Source: Acidobacteriota bacterium (GTDB lineage Bacteria; Acidobacteriota; CAIWXX01). From it: 64,000 bases of DNA. The DNA lies in NCBI GenBank assembly GCA_040755995.1, contig JBFMAF010000008.1:160001-224000 (forward strand), given 5' to 3'. The position numbers were made by a program, and so were the translations under genes. The notes under the pieces were generated by a model, which saw nothing but the letters and a program-made list of their open reading frames with translations, made no database searches and was not told the origin of the DNA. Positions 40,482-50,343 of this stretch are shown here, in pieces. The stretch's first letter is position 1. The number at the start of each line of letters is the position of its first letter.

Positions 40482-41861
40482 TCAGACCGGCTTGATGTTC
40501 TGGTTCACACGGAAGAAGTTGGTCGGATCGTACTTCTTCTTGACGGCCACCAAACGGTTGTAGTTCTCGCCGTAGGTCGCTCTGACACGATCCTCACCCT
40601 CTTCCATCATGAAGTTCACGTACGCGCCACCCATTGTGTAAGGATGCACGGCCTCCCAGTAGCCCCTGGCCCAGGCCGTCACCGCCCCTGCCTTGGCCGG
40701 ATCAGGATCGATGCCGGCGATGACCATTGACCACGTTGCGTCGCGACAGTTCCATGCGGTCTCGTTTCGCCGCACGCGGTGGACCGCGCCGTCAATGGGG
40801 TACATGTGCATGATCGAGAGCTCCGTGGGGGCCTTGGCCGCATGCTCCAGATGCGCGTCGATGGCTGCATTCGAGAGCTCCTTGACAAAGTCGCCCTTCC
40901 AATACCACTGCAAGCCCTTGGGCAACAGCGGGTCGAACAAGCCCTGCAGGACCGGGAAGGGCATGGGCCCCATCCAGTCAAGGATTGGCGTTGGAAGCTC
41001 CTTGCGAATCGCTTTCACCGCCGCTTCCCCCTTCTCCAATGGCCCGCTGTAACAGGAGATCAGGGCGCAGATCTTCTTCCCCCAGTGCTCCCTGGGGAAG
41101 GGATCAGTCGAAGGGACAGTCTTCAGGCCGAAGAACACGCAAAGGTCGACAGGCGCCTGAGGCAAGAACGCGCGGTACCATTCCATCACACGCCGAGCGT
41201 CGTCTGCCTTCCAGAAGACCGGCCCACCGTAGATCGTGCCTACAGGCCGGGCCTTGTAGACGAAGCTGGTAACGACGCCGAAATTGCCGCCGCCGCCGCG
41301 CACGGCCCAGAAGAGATCCTCGTTGCGAGATGCGCTGGCTGTCACGAAGGCGCCGTCGGCCAGCACGACGTCCACCTCGGTCAGGTTGTCGATGGTCAGC
41401 CCGTGGCGGCGCGTGAGGTATCCGTGACCGCCCCCCAACGTCAGGCCGGCTATGCCGGTCGTCGAGACGATGCCAGCCGGCACCGTCAGTCCGAACGCAT
41501 GACCGGCGTGGTCCATGTCGCCCTGCGTGCATCCAGGTCCAACTCGCACGGTGAAGTTGGCCGGATCGAAGCGCACCCCCTTCATCGGAGACAGATCGAT
41601 AACGAGCCCGTCATTGCAGCTGCCAAATCCGGGCCCGTTATGGCCGCCGCCGCGGATGGCCGTGAGAAGATCGTTCTCCCGGCCGAACCGCACGGCGGAA
41701 ATCACGTCTGCCGGATCGACGCAGCGGGCGATCAGGAGCGGCCGCTTGTCGATCATGCCATTGTACAGTTTGCGGGCCTCCTCGTAGCGCGGGTCGTTTC
41801 GTTGGATCAGATCACCACGCAGGCTCGCCTTGAATTTCTCGATATGTGTCTCGTTCACCAT
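40482..41861 (-). CDS. FAD-linked oxidoreductase (berberine-bridge-enzyme family)
   Basis: RGGGHN, GLTLGGG, DLFWAVRGGGGNFGVVT, KYDPTNFFRVNQNI. Confidence 0.95.
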   Translation of the reverse strand: MVNETHIEKFKASLRGDLIQRNDPRYEEARKLYNGMIDKRPLLIARCVDPADVISAVRFGRENDLLTAIRGGGHNGPGFGSCNDGLVIDLSPMKGVRFDPANFTVRVGPGCTQGDMDHAGHAFGLTVPAGIVSTTGIAGLTLGGGHGYLTRRHGLTIDNLTEVDVVLADGAFVTASASRNEDLFWAVRGGGGNFGVVTSFVYKARPVGTIYGGPVFWKADDARRVMEWYRAFLPQAPVDLCVFFGLKTVPSTDPFPREHWGKKICALISCYSGPLEKGEAAVKAIRKELPTPILDWMGPMPFPVLQGLFDPLLPKGLQWYWKGDFVKELSNAAIDAHLEHAAKAPTELSIMHMYPIDGAVHRVRRNETAWNCRDATWSMVIAGIDPDPAKAGAVTAWARGYWEAVHPYTMGGAYVNFMMEEGEDRVRATYGENYNRLVAVKKKYDPTNFFRVNQNIKPV

Positions 41862-42181
41862 CGTGTCCTCCTCTTGCTTGTTAGTTTAGTGCGGCCGAGA
41901 AAACGCTCCATTGACAGCGGCACTCACATCGGGGTGGAGGAGTTCACCTGCGCATGAATGCAAAATCATCCATACTTGAACCTGGTCGCTCAGGCGGGGC
42001 TCGCCGCAGGCCGGCGGCTCCAAGCGGCCGTTACGACTTCGGTGCCAGAGTTGACTCAACTATCTACAGCAGCTGTTAGGTGCGCCCAAGATTTCACCAA
42101 CCCGGCCCCCAGTAGGATTTTATCAACCAGCGCGAAGGAAATCGAGGGTGTGTGCACACTTGCCGCAGCTCCCGCGCTGAC

Positions 42182-43948
42182 TCACAGGATATCGCGCCAT
42201 GGAGGCGAGACCGAGAACGCGGCATGAATGAGGCCGACGTGCGAGTAGGCCTGTGGGAAATTGCCCCACATCCGCCGCGTGAGCGGATCGTAGTCTTCGG
42301 ACATGAGGCCGAGCGGCGAACGAGCCGATAGCGCAGTCTCGAACACAGCCTTGGCCTCCGCGGTTCGACCGAGCGCCGCCAGAGCCTGGGCCAGCCAGAA
42401 TGTGCAGATGGTGAAGGCGACTGAGGGCACACCGAGGCCGTCGTCAGACTGATACCTGAGAACCCATCCGCCGCGGCCGAGTTGGCGCGCCACTGCGTCG
42501 ACAGTGGCGATGAGCCTCTCATCACCGGGCGGCAGGAAGTGCAGCATCGGCAGATTCAATAGCGCAGCGTCCAGATCCGAGCCTCCGTAGGTCGCCGCAA
42601 AACCACCCGGACTTTCGTTCCACGCGCCGGAGAGGATCTCACGACGGATGTTATCCGCGGCGTCGACATAGAACTGCCGCCGCTCCGGAAGGTGTCGCCC
42701 GGCCACCAGCGCCATGCGATCCGCGGCCGCCCAACACATCACGCTGGAGAACGTCTGCGGCCTGGCTTCCCGGCGGTACTCCCATATCCCCGCATCCGGC
42801 GTGCCTGCCACGGATATGGCCTTCTGCGCAAGCCTGTCGATGAGCTCCAACATGATCGACGTCTGTTCCGCCCGAAACCGATCGTCCAGAAACACGGGAG
42901 CAAGGGCCAGGACCAGCTCTCCGAATATGTCATTCTGCCGCTGCCGCGCGGCAAGATTGCCTATGCGCACGGGCTTCTCGTCAGAATAGCCCGCCCAGCC
43001 TTCAAGGACCCTCTCGTCCAAGTCCCCTGTTCCGTCGATCCTGTAAAGCGGGGCCAGATCCAGGTTCGAATTCCCGGCGACTACGTTGAACAGGTACTGT
43101 ACAAAGCTCTCGCGCTCCTCAAACTGCCCCAGCAGGCGGAACGCACCGAGCACGTGAAATGCATCCCTGAGCCAACAGTATCTGTAGTCCCACGTCCGGC
43201 CGCTTCCGGGCGACTCCGGGATCGAAGTGGTGGTGGCCGCGACAATCGCCCCGGTGTCTTCGAAGCAGTGCAGCTTGAGGGCTAGCGCCGAACGGATCAC
43301 TTCTTCCTGATACAGAGGTGGAACGTCGCAGTGCTTCACCCATCTCTGCCAGTACCGCACGGTCTCGGTCAGAAAGCGATCACAGAGCGCAGGCAGCGAT
43401 TCCTCGACACTTGCCCCCCACGAGAGCAGGAAATGACGCCGTTCAGTCAGCGCGAACGGCTGGCCGCCCAGATACGAGAGCGGGACGTCGGTCCAAAGTC
43501 GAAGAGGATCGGCGAAGTTGTCGTATCGGACGTGGTTGGAGCCCAGCACGGCAGAAGGAACGCCGCGGTCCCATCCGCGGCGCGGCTCGCAGTACGCACG
43601 TACGCGCGGCATTCCTCCCAACGGCTCCAATATTCGCACGATTTGGGTGGGGTGAAAGCGCCTTCCATATTGCCCGAAACGGGGCGCAAAATCGATCACG
43701 CGAAACGCTCCGTCGCTCGCCCGAAACTCCGTGACCAGAACATTCGTGTTAGGGAGATACCGTTGCTTCCCACTTTCACCGCCTGCCGGCGCCACGAGGA
43801 AACGCCCGCCGTGGCGGGCGTCGAGCAGGGTCGAAAACACCGGCTCGGAATCGAACCTCGGAAGGCAGCACCAGACTATCTCTCCCGATTGATGCACGAG
43901 GGCCGCGAATTGGCAGTTGCCAATGAGACCCAGTTCTTCGAGTCGCAT
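42182..43948 (-). CDS. Glycoside hydrolase family 15 (trehalase-like)
   Basis: LIGNC, AATTSIPE, WDYRYCWLRD, GIWE, GNFPQAYSH; start ATG 43948 inferred. Confidence 0.93.
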   Translation of the reverse strand: MRLEELGLIGNCQFAALVHQSGEIVWCCLPRFDSEPVFSTLLDARHGGRFLVAPAGGESGKQRYLPNTNVLVTEFRASDGAFRVIDFAPRFGQYGRRFHPTQIVRILEPLGGMPRVRAYCEPRRGWDRGVPSAVLGSNHVRYDNFADPLRLWTDVPLSYLGGQPFALTERRHFLLSWGASVEESLPALCDRFLTETVRYWQRWVKHCDVPPLYQEEVIRSALALKLHCFEDTGAIVAATTTSIPESPGSGRTWDYRYCWLRDAFHVLGAFRLLGQFEERESFVQYLFNVVAGNSNLDLAPLYRIDGTGDLDERVLEGWAGYSDEKPVRIGNLAARQRQNDIFGELVLALAPVFLDDRFRAEQTSIMLELIDRLAQKAISVAGTPDAGIWEYRREARPQTFSSVMCWAAADRMALVAGRHLPERRQFYVDAADNIRREILSGAWNESPGGFAATYGGSDLDAALLNLPMLHFLPPGDERLIATVDAVARQLGRGGWVLRYQSDDGLGVPSVAFTICTFWLAQALAALGRTAEAKAVFETALSARSPLGLMSEDYDPLTRRMWGNFPQAYSHVGLIHAAFSVSPPWRDIL

Positions 43949-44251
43949 CGCTTGAGCTATGTGTTCTTCTGACAAGAGCCGACTCCGGCAGAATGCAGTA
44001 TGGGACGCGAGCGCGTATCCTGATGGCACTCTCTCTGCATCCGTGGACGTGAGTGCATGATCGCCGGCTGCATCACCTCTGACCTCTCGTCCCACACCAC
44101 CAACTCATTCTAGCCAGCCCAACGGCAAGTTGGAATGGCGATGCCACCGGACTACGGAACCCGCGGCCATTGACTCGGCGGAACCATCGTCTATCATCAG
44201 TACCTTGGGCATGCGGGCACCTGATCGAGGGCGGACTCTGGAGGACAGGCT

Positions 44252-46513
44252 GTGCGACTGATCTTGCGGTTCATCATGCCGCTGCTTTGCGTGCTCGGCC
44301 TTCTCGTCTGGATCGCCTCCGTCCTCGTGAGCGACACATTCCGGAGGTGGTCGGAGAGGGACATGCGCCTTCGCGCCGACCTGGCGGCGAACAGCGCTCG
44401 TGAGGAGTTGCTCCGTTGTTTGCACCAGAACGACTCCTCCGAGATGTCTCGCGTTCTGGAACAGCTTGTGCGAGACGAGCGGATCATGGGTGCTTCCCTT
44501 TGCGGGTGTGATGGACGATTGATTGCAGCCAGCCCGGAGTTTCCAGCTGGCTACGACTGCAAGTCGGTTGGCGGGCACGTGGTAGTCTCGGGAGGGGTGG
44601 CCGGAGATCCGCCGATGCTGGTTCGGTGGACCGAGGTCAAGGACGGCAGCATCGGCCGGGTGCACGTCAGCGCCATCCCCATCATGGAGAACGAACAGGC
44701 AGCGGGGTTCTTGACCATAGTGCAGGACTTGAGCTTTGTGGCGCGTCGCGAGTCGCAGGTGCGGTTCTTCACGGTGATCGCGTTCACAGTTCTGGCCGTC
44801 TCCGCCTCCGTTCTGACCGTGCTGGTCGCGCGGCTGTCACGACGCACCTGGACGGTGGAAATCAGGCAGATGCTACGCGGCAGGGCTGCTGCGCCTCCCG
44901 AGTTCCAGCCGATCATGCGGGACTTCCGCGAGCTCGTGGCGGAGATCTCGGCGGAAGTTCATGCAGGCGCCCAGGGACGGGTGTGGACGGCCGAGCGGCT
45001 GAGGCAGGTGCTCAGGCAGGAGCTTCACGGCGAACGCGTGATCATCCTCGCAAACCGCCAGCCGTACGTCCATAATCGGGCGAGCGATGGGAAGATCGAA
45101 GTGCAGCACCCTGCGAGCGGCCTTGTCACGGCGCTGGAGCCGATCATGCGAGCATGCTCCGGGGTATGGATCGCTCACGGGAGCGGCTCGGCCGACAGGG
45201 AGGTGACCGACAAGAAGGACTGCGTGCGGGTTCCGCCCGGCGAAGAATCCTACACACTCCGTCGTGTGTGGCTTACGCCCGAGGAGGAGAAGGGGTACTA
45301 CTTCGGATTCGCGAACGAGGGCCTTTGGCCCTTGTGCCATCTGGCCCACGAGCGCCCTGTTTTCCGCAGGTCTGACTGGGCCTATTACCAGAGCGTGAAC
45401 CAGAAGTTCGCTGATGCGCTGGCCGAGGAGATCGACAATGACGACTCGATCATTCTGGTGCAGGACTATCATTACGCTCTGGCGCCATCCATGATTCGCA
45501 AACACGCATCCCGCGCCACCATCCTCACATTCTGGCACATACCCTGGCCCAACTCGGAGAGATTCGGAATCTGTCCGTGGCAGAGGGAACTGCTTCGCGG
45601 TCTCTTGGGGAGCAGCATCCTCGGCTTCCACACGCAGGCGCACTGCAACAACTTCATCGATGCGATTGACAGATACCTGGAAGCAAGAATCGATCGCGAT
45701 CAGCAGGCGGTGATACAGGGAGGGCACAGGACGTTGATCCGGCCGTACCCGATATCGATCGAGTGCCCGAGCCGGTGGATTCGCCATGTGCCGCCCGTGG
45801 CCCAGTGCCGGGAGGAGGTGATCAGCGAATTCAACCTCCCCCGCAACGCCCTGATCGGTGTGGGCATCGACCGGCTCGACTACACGAAAGGCATAGAGGA
45901 GCGGCTGCTGTCGGTCGAAACCCTTCTCGAGAGATTCCCGCAATTTGCAGGCCGCTTCACTTTCATCCAAGTCGCAGCGCCCAGCCGCACGGCCATCGAA
46001 CGATACAAGGCGTATGGGAAGACGATTGAGCAGATGACGGAGGCGATCAACGCGAAATTCCGGCGTGGCGAGTATCGTCCGGTCATCCTTCTGCGCAGAC
46101 ACCACGAGCCGCCCGATGTGATGCGTTTCTACCGGGCGGCCGACCTGTGCTACGTGAGCAGCCTGCATGACGGCATGAATCTTGTGGCCAAGGAGTTTGT
46201 CTCCGCGCGGGATGATGAGCGGGGGGTGCTGGTGTTGAGCCGGTTCACGGGGGCTGCGCGCGAGTTGACCGAGGCTCTCATCGTGAATCCCTACGATATC
46301 GAAGAGGCCAGCTCGGGTCTCGCCGCCGCATTGAACATGAGCGAGGAGGAGCAGAGCGAGCGGATGAGGGCCATGCGGCTGTATCTCACCGAGTTCAATG
46401 TGTACAGATGGGCAGGCAGGATGCTGACCGACGCCGCGCGGCTGCGCCACAGGCATCGCGTCTCGGATCGCCTCATCCCTCATCTCGGTCCAGGAGAGCT
46501 TCCGCTGATATGA
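44252..46513 (+). CDS. otsA: Trehalose-6-phosphate synthase with an N-terminal 2-TM extracytoplasmic domain
   Basis: [41 protein letters not shown]; about 250-aa N-terminal TM-loop-TM extension. Confidence 0.93.
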   Translation: MRLILRFIMPLLCVLGLLVWIASVLVSDTFRRWSERDMRLRADLAANSAREELLRCLHQNDSSEMSRVLEQLVRDERIMGASLCGCDGRLIAASPEFPAGYDCKSVGGHVVVSGGVAGDPPMLVRWTEVKDGSIGRVHVSAIPIMENEQAAGFLTIVQDLSFVARRESQVRFFTVIAFTVLAVSASVLTVLVARLSRRTWTVEIRQMLRGRAAAPPEFQPIMRDFRELVAEISAEVHAGAQGRVWTAERLRQVLRQELHGERVIILANRQPYVHNRASDGKIEVQHPASGLVTALEPIMRACSGVWIAHGSGSADREVTDKKDCVRVPPGEESYTLRRVWLTPEEEKGYYFGFANEGLWPLCHLAHERPVFRRSDWAYYQSVNQKFADALAEEIDNDDSIILVQDYHYALAPSMIRKHASRATILTFWHIPWPNSERFGICPWQRELLRGLLGSSILGFHTQAHCNNFIDAIDRYLEARIDRDQQAVIQGGHRTLIRPYPISIECPSRWIRHVPPVAQCREEVISEFNLPRNALIGVGIDRLDYTKGIEERLLSVETLLERFPQFAGRFTFIQVAAPSRTAIERYKAYGKTIEQMTEAINAKFRRGEYRPVILLRRHHEPPDVMRFYRAADLCYVSSLHDGMNLVAKEFVSARDDERGVLVLSRFTGAARELTEALIVNPYDIEEASSGLAAALNMSEEEQSERMRAMRLYLTEFNVYRWAGRMLTDAARLRHRHRVSDRLIPHLGPGELPLI

Positions 46514-47427
46514 TGAACGTTCTCAGCGCCCGCAACCGGCGGCTGATTGGCGAGTTCGCGAGGCTCAATTCGATGCTGGCGCTCGACTTCGACGGCACAC
46601 TGGCTCCGATAATGCGGCGTCCCGAGTCCGCTCGAATGCGGCGCCAAACCAGGGCACTGCTGCAGAAAGCGGCCGCCCTCTATCCGTGCGCTATCATCTC
46701 AGGTCGATCGATCCGAGATCTGAAAACGCGCATCGGCCTGAACGGGGTGACCTCGATGGTGGGAAACCACGGAGCCGAGTGGGAATGGTCACGCCCGGAT
46801 TCCCGTGGGATTGCGCGCGCGAAACGGTGGGCGCAGACGCTCGCGCGCGAGCTGCGCGACTGGCCCGGCGTCGAGATTGAAAACAAGGGGCTCTCATTGG
46901 CAGTGCACTACCGCGGTGCCGCGGATCGCGCGCGGGCCGCGCGGGCAATCAACAGAGCGGCATCCGGACTCGAGGGAACCCATGCGTTCGCCGGGAAATG
47001 CGTCGTGAACATCGTCCCGCGCAATGCGCCGGACAAAGGCACCGCACTCGAGTCAATGCGCCGAATGCTGAGGTGCGATGCGGCGATCTACATAGGCGAC
47101 GATACCACCGATGAATCGGCGTTCCGGTGGAAGGAAAGAGGACGGCTACTGACGGTCCGGATCGGCAAGAGCCGAAGATCATTCGCCGATTTCTATGTTC
47201 GGGACCAGAGGTCCATAGACGCACTGCTGCGGGCGTTGATAAGTGAACGAGAGAAGGCGGCCCCGTGCCGGACCTGCGGATTGATCTACTGCTGCGCCAA
47301 GGCCAGGATAAAGCTCCGAACCGGCCCCCGGTTAGTAGCGACGAGAGGAGCGAAGATGCGGGCGAGAATGCCGCCGCGCCGGAGGACGCCGGCCCTCTGG
47401 AGCGCGATATCGTCATGCCGGTCCTGA
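46510..47427 (+). CDS. otsB: Trehalose-6-phosphate phosphatase
   Basis: DFDGTLAPI, ISGR, GNHGAE, DKG, GDDTTDE; C-terminal tail looks non-conserved. Confidence 0.92.
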   Translation: MMNVLSARNRRLIGEFARLNSMLALDFDGTLAPIMRRPESARMRRQTRALLQKAAALYPCAIISGRSIRDLKTRIGLNGVTSMVGNHGAEWEWSRPDSRGIARAKRWAQTLARELRDWPGVEIENKGLSLAVHYRGAADRARAARAINRAASGLEGTHAFAGKCVVNIVPRNAPDKGTALESMRRMLRCDAAIYIGDDTTDESAFRWKERGRLLTVRIGKSRRSFADFYVRDQRSIDALLRALISEREKAAPCRTCGLIYCCAKARIKLRTGPRLVATRGAKMRARMPPRRRTPALWSAISSCRS

Positions 47428-47497
47428 CCGAGGCCTCGCGCCGACGGACCACACCCTGCTGGGCCGGCCCCGAGGGTTCGGAGTCAGGCGCCTCGCA

Positions 47498-48877
47498 TCA
47501 CACTGCCAGCTCTGATCGAAACGGCTGTACCTTGCCGCTGGCCATGCGTTCGCCCAGGGCCGGGTCGAGACGTATATCGATCGGCGACATCACGCCGAAC
47601 AGGGCTGCCAGCCGGCCCGCCAAGGTCTCCGTGTCGACGGAGCCACCCGGAACCGGGCGTAGCGCCAGGTCGCACGAGCCGTCTGCTCGCTGGACAAATT
47701 CGTGCTGGACGATGGGATATTCGCGGATGATTCGCCCGATATCTACGGGGCAGATCGGCGAGCCGTCGGTGGCTCGGAACATCACAGCCTCGCGCGCCTC
47801 CAGATCGAGCAGGCGCGCGGTCACGCGCCCCTCCGCATTTTCTTCGAAGGACATCCTGGCGAAGTCGCCCGTCCTGTAGCGCAGCAGCGGCAGGTACGGA
47901 TTACGGCCTCCGGTCACGGTGATCTCGCCGCGCGCGGCCGGATAGCCGTCGGCGTCCACGACCTCCACGAACACATCGGGAGGAAACACGACCAGGCCGC
48001 GGCCCCCGGGATCCGAGCAGGCCACAGGCCCCGTCTCTGTCGTGGAGTAGTAGTCGATCACGGGGCAACGGAAGTGCGCCTCCAGTCGCGACTTGAGTGA
48101 GGAGCCCAGCGCCACAGCAGTCGAGACCATTGCCGCAGGCCGGATGGGGATCTTCCATCTCATCAGCTCTGCGAACCCCATGGGGTCGCCCGTGAGGAAC
48201 TGCGGTGCCAGGATCGAGAAGAATCGCCGCGCGTTCTCGACGTCTCGCCATCCGCGCGGGTGCAAGTTGACCTTCGCAAACCCGGCCTGGTTCCAGACTG
48301 AGAACACGTTCGCAAACACCACGGTCGTCGCTTGCGCTCCGACATTGAAGCACGCCACGCCATCCGGTCCGAAATGAGGCCGTACACCGTGTTGTTCGAG
48401 CGCATACTCGATCAACGGATGGTTCTGCGCCATCGTGCGCGGGTGATACGGAACGACGATGGCATGTCCCGTCGTGCCCGATGTGTCATATACGATCATT
48501 CGCGAGATGTCCTCGTCCCAGGGCACGATATCTTCGATGCGGGTCGCGATGTCTTCGCGCGCCATCGTCGGGACGAAGGCCCAGTCCCGCTCGAGGTTCA
48601 TCCCTTCTGGAATATGCCTGCGAAACATGCGTGCTCGTGAACGCATCGCGCGCACCCAGTCCAGTATCTGCGGCGACGGCGCGGGCGATCCGCCGGGACG
48701 CTGCTCGAAGAGCGCCCTTCGGTACGCTTCCACCAGCGGCAAATCCTCGACCCTCACCCGGTCGCCCACCACGTAGCTCCAATACGGCGCATCGGGATGC
48801 TGCTGGATCGACTTGAGCAGGCCGTAGCCGGCCTCGGTGATCAGCGGGTTGCGATCGAGCCTGTCCGCCGGAATCAT
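47498..48877 (-). CDS. PaaK/CapK-like adenylate-forming (ANL) ligase
   Basis: YDTSGTTG, YYSTTETG, PLLRYRTGD, terminal SGKV. Confidence 0.85.
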   Translation of the reverse strand: MIPADRLDRNPLITEAGYGLLKSIQQHPDAPYWSYVVGDRVRVEDLPLVEAYRRALFEQRPGGSPAPSPQILDWVRAMRSRARMFRRHIPEGMNLERDWAFVPTMAREDIATRIEDIVPWDEDISRMIVYDTSGTTGHAIVVPYHPRTMAQNHPLIEYALEQHGVRPHFGPDGVACFNVGAQATTVVFANVFSVWNQAGFAKVNLHPRGWRDVENARRFFSILAPQFLTGDPMGFAELMRWKIPIRPAAMVSTAVALGSSLKSRLEAHFRCPVIDYYSTTETGPVACSDPGGRGLVVFPPDVFVEVVDADGYPAARGEITVTGGRNPYLPLLRYRTGDFARMSFEENAEGRVTARLLDLEAREAVMFRATDGSPICPVDIGRIIREYPIVQHEFVQRADGSCDLALRPVPGGSVDTETLAGRLAALFGVMSPIDIRLDPALGERMASGKVQPFRSELAV

Positions 48878-48884
48878 CCTACTC

Positions 48885-48916
48885 TCTCCGCGTCTCCGTG
48901 TCCCCGCGGCCCCGCG
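48885..48916. repeat. Tandem octamer repeat, 4 units
   Basis: TCTCCGCG TCTCCGTG TCCCCGCG GCCCCGCG. Confidence 0.7.
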
Positions 48917-48972
48917 TCCATTTCCTCCATGCTCCTGCGCCGCATTTCACGCACCCCTGGGCGTCTCATGCG

Positions 48973-49548
48973 TCATTCCCTGCTGGCTCGCGCGGCGGCC
49001 TCGCGTGCAGCCTCTTCCCGCATCTTCTCTCTGAGCTTCCGCGCGCGCTCGAGCTGGTCGCGCGTCTCGCGGATGACGGCCTCGCGCTCGACGCTGTTGA
49101 GCGTCTTCAGCCGGTCGTCCGCCTGTGACTGCGTCTCACCCGCGGGACGCAAACCAAGAGCCGCGAGGCAGTGCCGCACAAGCTCCTCGCGTCTATCCGG
49201 GTCAGACACGAACTGGTCTGCCGACACGAGCTGTGAGAGCGGGCCGAGGCCGAGTCTCAGCCATCCGTAGGCATCGGCGGAGAGGGTCCGCGCCTGTTGA
49301 AACCACTCGTCATGCAGCAACCACGCACCGACCAATACCAGCCGTAGCCAGTTCCGCTCCTTGGGCGACCCCTGGAAATGGCGGGACTCGTCCGCGCTGA
49401 CTGGAGCGCCGCCGAGATCCTGCATCAAGTCGGACACGACCGCATCCACATGCACCCCCTCGCCTCCGGTGAGTCGCGGCTCCGACAGGAACTCTGCGGG
49501 GCAGATCGAGAGACGATGCGTCAGTTTGTCGAGTGCAGGGCCTTCCAT
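48973..49548 (-). CDS. Helical hypothetical protein of the MoxR-VWA operon
   Basis: 191 aa; DPDRREELVR..LGLRPAGET; C-terminal coiled coil. Confidence 0.8.
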   Translation of the reverse strand: MEGPALDKLTHRLSICPAEFLSEPRLTGGEGVHVDAVVSDLMQDLGGAPVSADESRHFQGSPKERNWLRLVLVGAWLLHDEWFQQARTLSADAYGWLRLGLGPLSQLVSADQFVSDPDRREELVRHCLAALGLRPAGETQSQADDRLKTLNSVEREAVIRETRDQLERARKLREKMREEAAREAAARASRE

Positions 49549-49574
49549 GGACCTATGATGAGACAGAAGATCTC

Positions 49575-49991
49575 TTACCGGGGCTTCGGGCCAGGACGGG
49601 CAATGAAGCGATGCGTGAAGTCCCTGTCCACGGCCAGCGCTTCGCGAATGCCCAGCCGCCCCATCACGACGAAGCTAAGGCAATCCACGAAACTGTGGAC
49701 TTGATCCTTGTGGTGCCTGAAATACTCGAAGGCCATCTGCTCTTCGTCGGGCGTTGCCCAGTGAATACGTGCTAGCTTCCCGCCATAGATTCGCTCGCCC
49801 AGACGCGTAGCCTCTTCGTGCCCCAGCTTGCGCGTGAGTGTAATCGTCTAGGCAATAACGTGGTTCGTTGTCAGGAGCACATCCGAGAGCCGGGCACCCT
49901 TGAAGGCTTCGAACACCTCCAGCACCCGATCGTGGTGCTCATCCCTTTCCGAGACCAGGGCGAAGAGGAAACCGGTATCAAGGAAGATCAC
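49575..49991 (-). pseudogene. vapC: VapC/PIN toxin with an in-frame TAG
   Basis: VIFLDTGFLFAL..TTNHVIA*TIT..SFVDCLSFVVM..AVDRDF; TAG at 49850-49848; GTG overlaps the antitoxin stop. Confidence 0.85.
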
Positions 49992-50221
49992 TCGCGCGGT
50001 CGCCCGTAAAGGTAATGGTCGTGGTTTTCACTCATGTCGGGTGGAGCGTCCTTGATGAAGCCGATGAGCTCCTCGGCCGCCCTCCAGCCGGTGGGATCGC
50101 TATCGTCCTGCGGCGTAGCCGTGGGAATGAGCACCTCCACCTCGGCGTGCTCTTCGAGGTGCACAGGCTCCTTGGGCTTGAAGACCCCATGTTCGTGAAT
50201 CGCCTTGATTGCCGTGGCCAT
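49988..50221 (-). CDS. AF2212/DUF104-like antitoxin
   Basis: MATAIKAIHEHGVFKPKEPVHLEE..DMSENHDHYLYG; directly upstream of the PIN gene. Confidence 0.85.
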   Translation of the reverse strand: MATAIKAIHEHGVFKPKEPVHLEEHAEVEVLIPTATPQDDSDPTGWRAAEELIGFIKDAPPDMSENHDHYLYGRPRE

Positions 50222-50343
50222 GCCTTCACCTCGTTCACATTCTAACACAGGCGGTCTGTATGTTGTTCTCCTGAGCCGCCTCACCGAAATCCGGCGGCAT
50301 CCTCTTTGCATTCGTGGCCACAGAGGCCGGCTGCTCTGGCGGC

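Noticed and set aside
41900..42036. 6S RNA-like CTTGAACC motif
   Set aside because: The complementary GGTTCA arm and the terminal stem are missing.
47498..48877. Ligase as true paaK or part of a capsule locus
   Set aside because: No paa or capsule genes are adjacent; its context is the MoxR-VWA operon.
49848..49850. Programmed amber readthrough or recoding in vapC
   Set aside because: TAG is used as a normal stop by several genes here; a point mutation or sequencing error is simpler.
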